Below, piece after piece: positions 18,592 to 27,613 of a DNA stretch of 64,000 bases. Made by a program: the position numbers and the translations under genes. Position 1 is the stretch's first letter, and every line of letters starts with the position of its first letter. The notes under the pieces were generated by a model. The model was not told where the DNA came from. It saw only the letters and a list, made by a program, of their open reading frames with translations, and made no database searches. Origin of the DNA: an uncultured delta proteobacterium (GTDB taxonomy: Bacteria; Myxococcota_A; Polyangia; Fen-1088); NCBI GenBank assembly GCA_963737265.1, contig CAVTRY010000011.1, positions 1,216,001 through 1,280,000 on the forward strand, written 5' to 3'.

Positions 18592-20979
18592 ATGAAGTAT
18601 TTTTCGCTGACCACGCCCGTCCTCGGCGCATGGGTGTGTGCAGCCAGTCTGCTTGGCTGCGCGCACGGCATGGCAGCGAAGCCCGCCCCGCTCAGCAAGG
18701 CAGCGCAGGCCATCGCCAGCGAAGCACGCACCGTCGCCAGCATCGCCACCGAGGAAGACTTCTTCGAAGCCAAATTGCTCTACCAGGCATTGCCCGAGGG
18801 GGCCGACGAGCAGGCGCGTCTGCGACTCAAGCTGCTCGACTACCTTCTCGACCCCATCGCGCGACTCAACGCCGAGCAATTGCGACGCAATCCCGGCATG
18901 CTCGGCAGCGAGGACGATTTCGATCGACTGCAGGACTCGTTTCGCGACGCCCTTGAGCTCATCTCGCCGGGTTCGCTGTGGGTCGCGGGCGGGCCACCGC
19001 TTGCGGATCGCGAGCGCCAACTCCTAAGCGACTCGGCCAAGCTGCTCGTAGGGGCCTACTCTCCGCGCGGCAATGAGCCCCCCGTCGCGCTCGCTCTCTT
19101 CGTGCTTCAGTCCATTGACCCAACCAATCGCGAATGGCCGGCGCGGCTCGACCAGCTCCTTTCCTGGGTCGATTCCGGCGCGCAAATATCGCCCGGTCAA
19201 CAGGGGCCGCGTCGCCTCGCCACCCTGGCCGATATCCTCGAAAGCGCGGCGGCGGTCTGGCCCGCCCCCGCGCTGCTCGATCGCTTGTCAAATCTCGCCG
19301 TCGGCCGCCAGGACAAAGTAACGGGTATCCTGCGCCGCCCCATCGGAACCGGCGAAGGCGCGCGCAATCTACTCAGTGAGCTTCTGCTCGACACCGAATC
19401 GCTTTCCGCCATGTCGGTGGCCGCCGCGTCGACCTATCTCCGTTGCGGGCAGATCGCGAAGGCTGGGCAGGTTGCCGCCAGCTTTTCCGACAAGACAGGG
19501 GACGACCCGGAATTCCGCCAGCTCGTCGCGGCGGCGCTCGCGCCGGCGAAGCCGGCCGACTACCTGGCGTTGGCGCGGCGGTTCCTTCCCCGCAACTCGC
19601 TCCTGCGTGGCACGTCCACCGATCGCATCGATCCGGCGGCAGCCATGGGTGTCTTGCGCCAGGGACTATCGACCTACCCCGACGATCCGGATCTGCTCCT
19701 CGTGGCCTCGCGGGTCGCTCGCATGCTGTCCCAACCCCTGCTGTCGTTGCGCTTGCTCGACGAAACCACGGCGGCGCTCGCGTCCCGCAAGGCCGGCGTG
19801 GATACCCTCAGCGATCTCGCCGCCGAGCGCATGGAACTGTCCTTCCTGCGCCTGAAAATGCGCATGGATCCGGACCGCATCGCGCAGGCCGAGGTCGAAG
19901 CAAGCCAGCTACGCGCCCAGCTCGCCGATGCGCGCAACCGCTTCGGCGCCGCACGTTTCAAATTCGACGAGGCGGAAATCGACTACCTGCTGGCAGGAGG
20001 ACTGGTCGATGCGGGCCAAATCGAAAAGGCAGCGCCACTTCTCGAGCGCGCGAATCGCGATGGCGACGCTGGCGTGGACGCCACACGGCAGCTGGCCAAC
20101 CTTTCCATCAAGCGCGGCGATCCCCAACAAGCCATCACGATCTTGCGCCAAGCGATCGATTCGCGCGAGCACAACGCGCCCGCCGAGGACACCATCCCCT
20201 ATGTTGAAGGCCAGGCCAAGCTGTCGTTCGTGCTTGGCAATGCCTACGAGATCGCCGCCGACCTCGACGACGCGCGCAAGGCTTGGGCGGGTGCCGCGCA
20301 CGGCTGGGAGCGCCTCATGCTCGAACAGCTCCGGCGCAAGAACCTCGCCTCGTCCACCGAGGCCACCATCGAGGTCGGGCGACTTTACTACCTTCTTGGC
20401 CGGCGCGAGGAAGGCCTGCGCAAGCTCGACGAGGCCATCGCGCAAGATGAAGATCGCGACCAAAGCTACCTCGATTCCATCGCTTTTCTCGTCCAACGCG
20501 GGGAAGCCGAGGCCGCCCTCGATATCTATCGGCGGGCCATGGCCAGGCCGGGACGTTCAGTGTCCGAGTACGTGAAAGTCTACGCCTCGCTGTGGATCCT
20601 GGACCTTACCCGGCGCAGCGCCAATGCACCCGATGCGGGAGCCATGGCCTATCTTCGCGCTATCGCCGGCCGCAAGGTGCTGCTGCGCCCGCCGCGGGCC
20701 GCGCTCTGGTACACCGAGCTTGCCCGCTACGCCACCGGCCAGATCGACTACGCCGCGCTTCTCGCCAAGGCCGATACCACTGGCAAGCGCGCCGAGGCTT
20801 ACTTTTACGAAGCCATGCGCCGGCTGTCGAACGGACACAGCGACGAAGCCCATGCTCTGTGGAGCAAGGTCGTGGAGACCAAGATGATGTCCTTCTTCGA
20901 GTTCGAGATGGCATCGCGCTACCTCCGCACCGGCGCACCGGCGCGCCCCGAGGGCGCAGACAAATCCGAAACCATCTAG
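18592..20979 (+). CDS. TPR-repeat exported protein/lipoprotein with an NlpI-like C-terminus
   Basis: Candidate lipobox LLGC; TPR helices; C-terminal AEAYFYEA...FFEFEMA. Confidence 0.75.
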   Translation: MKYFSLTTPVLGAWVCAASLLGCAHGMAAKPAPLSKAAQAIASEARTVASIATEEDFFEAKLLYQALPEGADEQARLRLKLLDYLLDPIARLNAEQLRRNPGMLGSEDDFDRLQDSFRDALELISPGSLWVAGGPPLADRERQLLSDSAKLLVGAYSPRGNEPPVALALFVLQSIDPTNREWPARLDQLLSWVDSGAQISPGQQGPRRLATLADILESAAAVWPAPALLDRLSNLAVGRQDKVTGILRRPIGTGEGARNLLSELLLDTESLSAMSVAAASTYLRCGQIAKAGQVAASFSDKTGDDPEFRQLVAAALAPAKPADYLALARRFLPRNSLLRGTSTDRIDPAAAMGVLRQGLSTYPDDPDLLLVASRVARMLSQPLLSLRLLDETTAALASRKAGVDTLSDLAAERMELSFLRLKMRMDPDRIAQAEVEASQLRAQLADARNRFGAARFKFDEAEIDYLLAGGLVDAGQIEKAAPLLERANRDGDAGVDATRQLANLSIKRGDPQQAITILRQAIDSREHNAPAEDTIPYVEGQAKLSFVLGNAYEIAADLDDARKAWAGAAHGWERLMLEQLRRKNLASSTEATIEVGRLYYLLGRREEGLRKLDEAIAQDEDRDQSYLDSIAFLVQRGEAEAALDIYRRAMARPGRSVSEYVKVYASLWILDLTRRSANAPDAGAMAYLRAIAGRKVLLRPPRAALWYTELARYATGQIDYAALLAKADTTGKRAEAYFYEAMRRLSNGHSDEAHALWSKVVETKMMSFFEFEMASRYLRTGAPARPEGADKSETI

Positions 20980-21075
20980 ACGTCGCGCGCGCCACACATA
21001 GCGACGCGAGCGGTTCGTTCGATAGCGGTTGACGCTTCCGGCGCTCCGTGTGCTACATAGAAGGCCTACGAATTC

Positions 21076-21147
21076 GGTGCCGTGGCCAAGTGGTAAGGCA
21101 AGGGTCTGCAAAACCCTCATTCCCCGGTTCAAATCCGGGCGGCACCT
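21076..21147 (+). tRNA. tRNA-Cys(GCA), CCA not encoded
   Basis: Acceptor GGTGCCG/CGGCACC; D-arm GCC AAGTGGTAA GGC; anticodon arm AGGGT-CTGCAAA-ACCCT; T-loop TTCAAAT; discriminator U. Confidence 0.96.
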
Positions 21148-21148
21148 C

Positions 21149-21309
21149 AAGACGTGTCTGCCAATCGCAGGCCGAGCCCCGGCCGAGCGAGCAAGCCCGC
21201 CCGCGAGGCGCGACGAGCGCACATAGCGCGGGCTCTGTAAGCGAGGAGAGACGAGGCGGGCGGGCGGCGCAGCCGGACGGGCGACGGGAGCGATTGATGG
21301 ACACGTCTT
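21149..21309. mobile_element. MITE-like element, family B core, immediately after tRNA-Cys
   Basis: 20-bp TIR AAGACGTGTCTGCCAATCGC vs AAGACGTGTCCATCAATCGC (3 mismatches); core GCGAGGCGCGACGAGCGC. Confidence 0.65.
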
Positions 21310-21456
21310 CAGTATCGGAACGAATCGGCCGGCCGCCTGTTTTTTGATGAACGATTGGGCGACATCGATCACACTTATCCTACGCGATTCGTTGGTGCAG
21401 CGGCAAAGACTCGCCGATATACTGCCGGCCAGCGGCAGCCCCAACGTCGCTCCATC

Positions 21457-23433
21457 ATGTCCCGCTCTCACGCAGCCCTCATCGTCGATGCCGATCCGCA
21501 AGGGCTTGAGTCCCTGGTGTACGGTTTTCAAGGTGCCGACTGGCGTATCACCGCCTGTCCGGTTCCAGAAACGGCGTCACTGCTGGTCAAGGCATCGGGC
21601 GCGGAAATCGTGGTGATTGCCTCGCGCGGCGAGCACGAAGAAGCTTACGACCTTGTGCGCCAGATGCGTGGGCAGGATGCCTTTCGCGCCCTGCCCGTCC
21701 TCGTGCTCGGACCCGAGGAACTGCGCTCGCCGCTGAAAGAATGGGGAAATGTCGACCTTCTGCCCCTACCCTCGTTCGTGCGTGATGTTCTGACCGCCAG
21801 CCAGGTGCTGGTCGTGGCAAGCGCGACGGCGGCCCAAAATCCCGGCGACAATCCGCGCTACGCGAGCCCGACCACGCCAGTCGAAACCCTTTCGCTAGTG
21901 CGGACCATGAATGGACTCGGGCGCTCTGGCCTGCTGCGCCTCGAACATGCGGAACGCCATGGTGAAATCTGGTTTCACGACGGAGAGCTAACGGCGGCCC
22001 AGTTTGGCCAGCTCGAAGGTGCCCCGGCGATACAGCACTTGCTTCTGTGGGAAAGCAGCGCCATCGAGCTGCTGCTGCGGCCGGTAGCCAGGCGTGGGCA
22101 GCTCCACCAAACCGCGCAGGAATTTTTCGAAGAGCTCGGTCGCTTTCAAAGGGATTTCACCCACGCGACGAAGGACATCGGGCCGACCACCACCGTCTAC
22201 ACCAAAGATGAAGACCGCCCTTTGCAATCGGCGGGCGACATTCCTGCCGAGGTGACCCCGGTGGTTCGCCTGTGCGACGGCCATCGCACGTTGTCGGATG
22301 TCATCGACGAGAGTCCCTTTCGCGTACTCGACACCGTCCGGGTGTTGAGCCGACTCATCGGGCTTGGAATTCTGACCCGGCGGAATCCCGGGCCAGAGCC
22401 AGCGGTCGCTCTTTCTCGCACGCCGCTTGACGAGTTCTGGGAAACCGCCCTCATCGTGGGTCCACCGAGCTCGCTCCCCACGCCCGCGCGAATTGGAGGC
22501 ACGCCAGCCCCGGTGCACGTCACCGAGGGTGGGGAGCCGGATTGGCGAGACGAGCCAGCCACGCGTCGCGAGGGCGAGAGGCGCGGCCGCAAACAAACAC
22601 TGGAGCTCGGCACGCCATCGGAGCCAACGCCACCGCCGTCGGGCCCGCCGACATCGTCGCCCGAGGAAGCCACGACGGTCGCTCACGCCGCTAACGCCAA
22701 GCCCGGAACGCAAGCCAGCGGCACCCTGGAGGTCCGCAAGGCCGATTGGCGCGCCCGGCCTAGCGTCCAAGCCAAAGTACACATCGGCGGCGACCTCGGG
22801 TCCATCGTTGTGGATATACACGACGGCAAGACGGCACGTGCGACGGAAGCGCCGAGACAGAAGCCTCGTGCCGCCACGCCGCCGCAGACGGAAAGTGCCG
22901 CGACCCGAATCACGGGCGTGCTCCAGGTGACGCCCTCCGGCCGCTCGGCACGACCAACCTCCGCACCTGGACGTATCTCCATTCAACTAGACGCCTCGCT
23001 GGTTTCGCAAGCCGAGCGACAGAGCGACTCCCGACCACCAGCCACCAACACCAAGTCCGAGTCGAGCGGAACGCGTCTGGCAGGTGAGCTGCAGGTGACG
23101 CCGACGGGAAAGGCATCGCTCGCAGTAGCCAAGAGCGCATCTTCTTCCTTTCACATCGATCCGTCGCTGGCCGATCCGGCGTTGTTGCCCAAAGCTCCAG
23201 TCGCCAAGGACGCGCGTAAAGGTTCCACCGGCGGCGTGCCAGTGGAAAATCCCCACGGGCCGCACCGACCAAGCGGTGGCTTCTCGGCGATCGAGAGCGA
23301 CTTCTTCGAACGCGAAGCGGAGCTCTACAAAGAGGAGAAGGCCGAGTCCTTTACCGACCTCGAAGACGACCGCGACAAGGCTGGAGTCAAGAAAAGCAAC
23401 CCAGCGCCCATGGCCGGCAAGAGGAAGCGCTAG
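21457..23433 (+). CDS. Atypical receiver + DUF4388 (PatA-N-like) protein with long disordered C-terminus
   Basis: ALIVDAD degenerate receiver; GRSGLLRL...GEIWFHDGELTAA...LEGAPAI. Confidence 0.75.
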   Translation: MSRSHAALIVDADPQGLESLVYGFQGADWRITACPVPETASLLVKASGAEIVVIASRGEHEEAYDLVRQMRGQDAFRALPVLVLGPEELRSPLKEWGNVDLLPLPSFVRDVLTASQVLVVASATAAQNPGDNPRYASPTTPVETLSLVRTMNGLGRSGLLRLEHAERHGEIWFHDGELTAAQFGQLEGAPAIQHLLLWESSAIELLLRPVARRGQLHQTAQEFFEELGRFQRDFTHATKDIGPTTTVYTKDEDRPLQSAGDIPAEVTPVVRLCDGHRTLSDVIDESPFRVLDTVRVLSRLIGLGILTRRNPGPEPAVALSRTPLDEFWETALIVGPPSSLPTPARIGGTPAPVHVTEGGEPDWRDEPATRREGERRGRKQTLELGTPSEPTPPPSGPPTSSPEEATTVAHAANAKPGTQASGTLEVRKADWRARPSVQAKVHIGGDLGSIVVDIHDGKTARATEAPRQKPRAATPPQTESAATRITGVLQVTPSGRSARPTSAPGRISIQLDASLVSQAERQSDSRPPATNTKSESSGTRLAGELQVTPTGKASLAVAKSASSSFHIDPSLADPALLPKAPVAKDARKGSTGGVPVENPHGPHRPSGGFSAIESDFFEREAELYKEEKAESFTDLEDDRDKAGVKKSNPAPMAGKRKR

Positions 23434-23700
23434 CGCGGGCTCGTTGCCAGCGCCGATCCGACCCGTTGCGGCAAGCTCGCGCGGTCTGTGCGTGCAGTCG
23501 AAAGTGTCGCAGCCAGCTTGGTCGAGGGCGGAACCCGCGGCTACAGGGCGTCGGCGTTTGTACCGATGTTCCTTGCAATGATCCCCCCTTGTTCTGCCTC
23601 GACCGTCGTTACGGTGAGGGCGAAAAATTCTCGCACGCCCACGTGGCGCCGCCCATAAGACGAATCACACAGAGCCTCTGATGCGCCGGGCGCAAATTCC

Positions 23701-24159
23701 ATGAGCCGCCGACCACGCGTGATCCTCCTTGTCGAGGACACCGACGACGATGCGGACTTGACGTTGCGGGCGTTTCGCACCAACGGTCCGCCATGCAAAA
23801 TCGTGCTCACGCGCGACGGGCGGCAGGCGCTTGACTACGTTTTCGCGCAAGGAGCCTTTACGGGCCGCGATGCGAGCTTGTCGCCCACGCTGATCCTTCT
23901 CGACCTGAAACTTCCATGCGTGAGCGGGCTCGAGGTCTTGCGTCAGCTACGCGCAAGCCCACAAACTGAAAATGTTCCCATCGTGGTCATGAGCTGCAGC
24001 ACCGAGGAAGCCGACATCGTCACCAGCTATCGTCTGGGCGCGAACAGCTACATCCGCAAGCCAGTCGACTTCGTCGAGTTCGCCGAGGCCATCGAGCTGC
24101 TCGGCCGCTACTGGCTAAGCCTCAATCAATCCTCGAACGCGGAGGGCGGGCGGACATGA
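23701..24159 (+). CDS. Single-domain response regulator (Rcp-like)
   Basis: LLVEDTDDD, LILLDLKLP, YRLGANSYIRKP. Confidence 0.93.
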   Translation: MSRRPRVILLVEDTDDDADLTLRAFRTNGPPCKIVLTRDGRQALDYVFAQGAFTGRDASLSPTLILLDLKLPCVSGLEVLRQLRASPQTENVPIVVMSCSTEEADIVTSYRLGANSYIRKPVDFVEFAEAIELLGRYWLSLNQSSNAEGGRT

Positions 24160-26105
24160 GCGCGCAGCTCGGCGTTCTGTTTCTCGAGGACTCCGAGGAT
24201 GATGTTCTTCTCATCGTCCGACACCTCGAAAAGTTCGGCTTCGCCGTCGATTCTTGCCGGGTGGATACGCCGGACGCTTTTCGCGCTGCCCTCAAGGAAG
24301 ATTCCTGGGACATCGTCATCAGCGACTACTCGCTGCCCGGACTCGACGCCTTGTCGGCGATCGCGATTTTCAAGCAGAGCGGACCGGACATTCCCTTCCT
24401 GGTCGTTTCCGGGGCGGTGGGCGAAGAGACGGCGGTCGAGGTGCTGAAGTCCGGCGCGCACGACGTCCTAATCAAGAACAATCTGGCGCGCCTGGTGCCC
24501 GCGGTGAAGCGAGAGATTCGGGAAGCCATCGAGCGCCGAGCGCGGCGTGAGGCCGAAGAGGCGCTTGCCGCGAGCGAGATCAAATTCCGCCGCATCGTCG
24601 AAACGGCCCACGAAGGCATTTGGATGCTGGACCAAAACGGCCACACCACCTACATGAATCGCCGCATGGCCGACATGCTGGGCCTAGACGAGGCTGGAGC
24701 GGCGGCCGCGACGCCGGTGCAGTTTCTGGCCGAAAGCAAAGTGGCCGAGGTCATCGCCAGCTACCTGCGCCGCGAGACCGACGGCACCACAACCTACCGC
24801 GCGCAGTGCCGATTGCGGCGCGCGGACGGATCGGCGCTGTGGGGCATGTTGGCTTTCCATTCCATCATCGACGAAAACGGAAGCTGCTTTGGCCATCTGG
24901 CGACCATCTTCGATGTCACAGAACATCGCCGGCTGCAGGAGCAGTTGATGGTGTCCGATCGCATGGCCTCGGTCGGCATTCTGGCCGCCGGTGTCGCGCA
25001 CGAAATCAACAACCCGCTCGCCGCCGTGCTTACCAACTTGCACATGGCGCTGGAATGCCTTCCCACGCTGAAGCTGGATGCGACGAGCGAGAAGGATCGG
25101 GGCGAGCTTGATGAGGAGCTGCGCGACGCGATGGAGGCGTCCGAACGCCTGCGCGACATCGTGCGCGACCTCAAGATTTTCTCACGCACGCCGGAGACAT
25201 CCATGGGTCCGGTGGATATTCAGCGCATCCTCGAATCGTCGCTGCGCATGGCCTGGAACGAGCTCAAGCACCGTGCCCGTGTCGTGCGCGAATACCAGCC
25301 CGTCCCGCTCGTTCACGGCGATGAATCTCGCCTTGGTCAGGTTTTCCTCAACCTCATCGTCAACGCCGTTCACGCTCTGGAAGAGGGCCGCGCCGACAAC
25401 AACACCATCACTATCTCCACCGCAGTCGAGGCGCGTGGCCGCGTCGTGGTCGAAGTCCGCGACACCGGCTCCGGGATGTCGCAAGAGGTGCAAAGTCACC
25501 TCTTCACGCCGTTCTACACGACCAAGCCCGTGGGCGTCGGTACCGGCCTTGGGCTTTCCATCTGCAACCGCATCGTACAGGCCTTGGGCGGCGAAATCCT
25601 CGTCGACAGCGAAGTCGGGAAGGGCAGCACCTTCCGAGTATTCCTGCCACCGTCCGAGGCCACCAGCACGGTCCGCAAGACGAACCGCATCCGCCGCCCC
25701 ATTGCCGCTCTCTCGGCGCGAGTCCTGGTCATCGACGACGAACCCATCGTAGGCACGGCGCTCAAGCGTGTGATGGGCAAGGAAAACGACGTCATCACGG
25801 AAACCAGCGCGCGCAAGGCCCTTGAACGTATCCGCGCCGGCGAACAGGTCGATCTCATCCTGTGCGATCTCATGATGCCCGACATGACGGGCGTGGACTT
25901 TTACAACGAGCTGCACGCCTTCGCGCCCGAACGCGCGGCCGACATCGTGTTCATGACCGGCGGCGCCTTCACGCCAAAAGCGCGCAATTTTCTCGACACC
26001 GTCCCCAACGAGCGCCTGGAAAAGCCCTTCGATATGGTCACGCTCAAGAATCTGGTGCAGGAACACTTGCTCACGCACCCGATCGGCACCGGAAAGAAAG
26101 GGTGA
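24156..26105 (+). CDS. Hybrid histidine kinase REC-PAS-HisKA-HATPase-REC
   Basis: AHEINNPL, NLIVNA, DTGSG, FTPFYTTK, GTGLGL; two receiver domains. Confidence 0.93.
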   Translation: MSAQLGVLFLEDSEDDVLLIVRHLEKFGFAVDSCRVDTPDAFRAALKEDSWDIVISDYSLPGLDALSAIAIFKQSGPDIPFLVVSGAVGEETAVEVLKSGAHDVLIKNNLARLVPAVKREIREAIERRARREAEEALAASEIKFRRIVETAHEGIWMLDQNGHTTYMNRRMADMLGLDEAGAAAATPVQFLAESKVAEVIASYLRRETDGTTTYRAQCRLRRADGSALWGMLAFHSIIDENGSCFGHLATIFDVTEHRRLQEQLMVSDRMASVGILAAGVAHEINNPLAAVLTNLHMALECLPTLKLDATSEKDRGELDEELRDAMEASERLRDIVRDLKIFSRTPETSMGPVDIQRILESSLRMAWNELKHRARVVREYQPVPLVHGDESRLGQVFLNLIVNAVHALEEGRADNNTITISTAVEARGRVVVEVRDTGSGMSQEVQSHLFTPFYTTKPVGVGTGLGLSICNRIVQALGGEILVDSEVGKGSTFRVFLPPSEATSTVRKTNRIRRPIAALSARVLVIDDEPIVGTALKRVMGKENDVITETSARKALERIRAGEQVDLILCDLMMPDMTGVDFYNELHAFAPERAADIVFMTGGAFTPKARNFLDTVPNERLEKPFDMVTLKNLVQEHLLTHPIGTGKKG

Positions 26106-26116
26106 CCCGATCATGG

Positions 26117-26143
26117 TGCGGGCTTCGCCCGCCTCCCAAGGCT
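26117..26143 (-). repeat. REP-like palindrome; related copies at 30561-30590 and 23520-23545
   Basis: TGCGGGCTTCGCCCGCCTCCCAAGGCT closely matches the reverse complement of TGTAGCCTTGGGTTGCGGGCGAAGCCCGCA. Confidence 0.55.
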
Positions 26144-26149
26144 TCGGGC

Positions 26150-27544
26150 TCAAATCCCCAGTTTCTTCAGCTTGTCGATAAGTGTCGTCCGCCCGATGCC
26201 GAGAAGGACGGCGGCCTTCGACTTGTTGTTTTCCGACCGGCGCATCGCCGTGCCAATCAGCGCGCGCTCGAAACGCGCCACGGAGGTCGGCAGGTCGACT
26301 CCGTTTTCCGAAAGATCCCATAGCGTGCGCGCCACCGTCTCGCCGGTCTCGCCGCCCAAGGTCGGTGGTACGTCGTCGGCATCGATGGTGCCATCGCGAT
26401 CCAGGATGGCCATGCGCTCGATGAGATTCTCCAGCTCGCGCACGTTGCCCGGCCAGCCGTAAAGTTGCAGCACGGCCAACGCCTTATCCGACAGTGCCAG
26501 CGGGCGAGCCAACCGGCGCGCGGCGCGCTCGAGAAAATGGGCCGCGAGCGTGGGCACGTCTTCAAGACGATCGCGCAGAGGTGGAACGTGGATGGGAACC
26601 ACATTGAGCCGGAAAAACAGATCCTGCCTGAACCGGCCTTCGCGCACCATCGCATCGAGGTCGCGATTGGTAGCGGCAAGGAAGCGCACGTTGATCTGAT
26701 ACGAGCGCTCCGACCCGACGGGGGTCACGGACTGGTCTTGTAATACGCGCAGGAGTCGGGCTTGCATCGACAGAGCCAGCTCGCCGACCTCGTCGAGCAG
26801 CACCGTCCCGCCGTCCGCCTCGCGCAGACGGCCGAGGCGCGTTTCGTGGGCGCTCGTAAAGGCCCCTTTGACGTGGCCGAAGAGCTCGCTTTCGATCAGC
26901 GATTCGGGAATAGCGGCGCAGTTCACCGCCACCAGACGCTGGCCAGCTCGCGGCGACGAGGCGTGCAAGAGCCGCGCGATGACCTCCTTGCCGCTGCCAG
27001 TTTCCCCCGAGATCAGAACCGTGGCGTCGGTTGGACCTACCTGCTGGACAACATCGAGCAGATTCTGCAAGACTCGGGATCTGCCGAGCAAAACGGCACC
27101 ACTCCCCGCCAGGGTTGGGCTACCGTCCGCCGGGGTTGGTTTGGTCTTCGTCGGGAGACCCGCGGCCTGACCCATCGCCGTTCGCACGACTTCGGTGAGC
27201 GCCGTGGGGTGGAACGGCTTGGTCAGGAAATCGAACGCACCTTCCCGCATTGCGCGCACAGAATCCGGCACGCTACCCGCGCCGGTCAAAATGATCACCG
27301 GCGTCCGCGGCTGCTTTCTGCGCACGAACTCGAGCACGGCAAAGCCATCCGCCAGCGGCATGAACAAGTCGGACACCACGATGTCGAAGTGGTTGTCCTC
27401 GACCTTGCGAATGGCTTCGGCTCCGTCGCCCGCGTCCATGACCTCCATGTCGAGATGGCGCAGCAGCCTGGCGAGGGTCGAGCGCACGACATCGTCGTCA
27501 TCAGCAACGAGCGCCGTCTTTCCCTGAAACGAACCTTCTTTCAT
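26150..27544 (-). CDS. NtrC-family sigma54-dependent response regulator
   Basis: Receiver; GETGSGKE; ESELFGHVKGAFTSA; LDEVGE; WPGNVRELEN; Fis-type HTH. Confidence 0.95.
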   Translation of the reverse strand: MKEGSFQGKTALVADDDDVVRSTLARLLRHLDMEVMDAGDGAEAIRKVEDNHFDIVVSDLFMPLADGFAVLEFVRRKQPRTPVIILTGAGSVPDSVRAMREGAFDFLTKPFHPTALTEVVRTAMGQAAGLPTKTKPTPADGSPTLAGSGAVLLGRSRVLQNLLDVVQQVGPTDATVLISGETGSGKEVIARLLHASSPRAGQRLVAVNCAAIPESLIESELFGHVKGAFTSAHETRLGRLREADGGTVLLDEVGELALSMQARLLRVLQDQSVTPVGSERSYQINVRFLAATNRDLDAMVREGRFRQDLFFRLNVVPIHVPPLRDRLEDVPTLAAHFLERAARRLARPLALSDKALAVLQLYGWPGNVRELENLIERMAILDRDGTIDADDVPPTLGGETGETVARTLWDLSENGVDLPTSVARFERALIGTAMRRSENNKSKAAVLLGIGRTTLIDKLKKLGI

Positions 27545-27613
27545 TGCCCCGTTCCATTCGGAATCGGCGGAAAACGCCGAAGCCTTGAACAGGGAGCGGG
27601 CGGACGTGAACAG

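Noticed and set aside
21076-21310. tRNA-anchored genomic island
   Set aside because: No integrase, no duplicated tRNA 3' end noticed and no compositional shift downstream.
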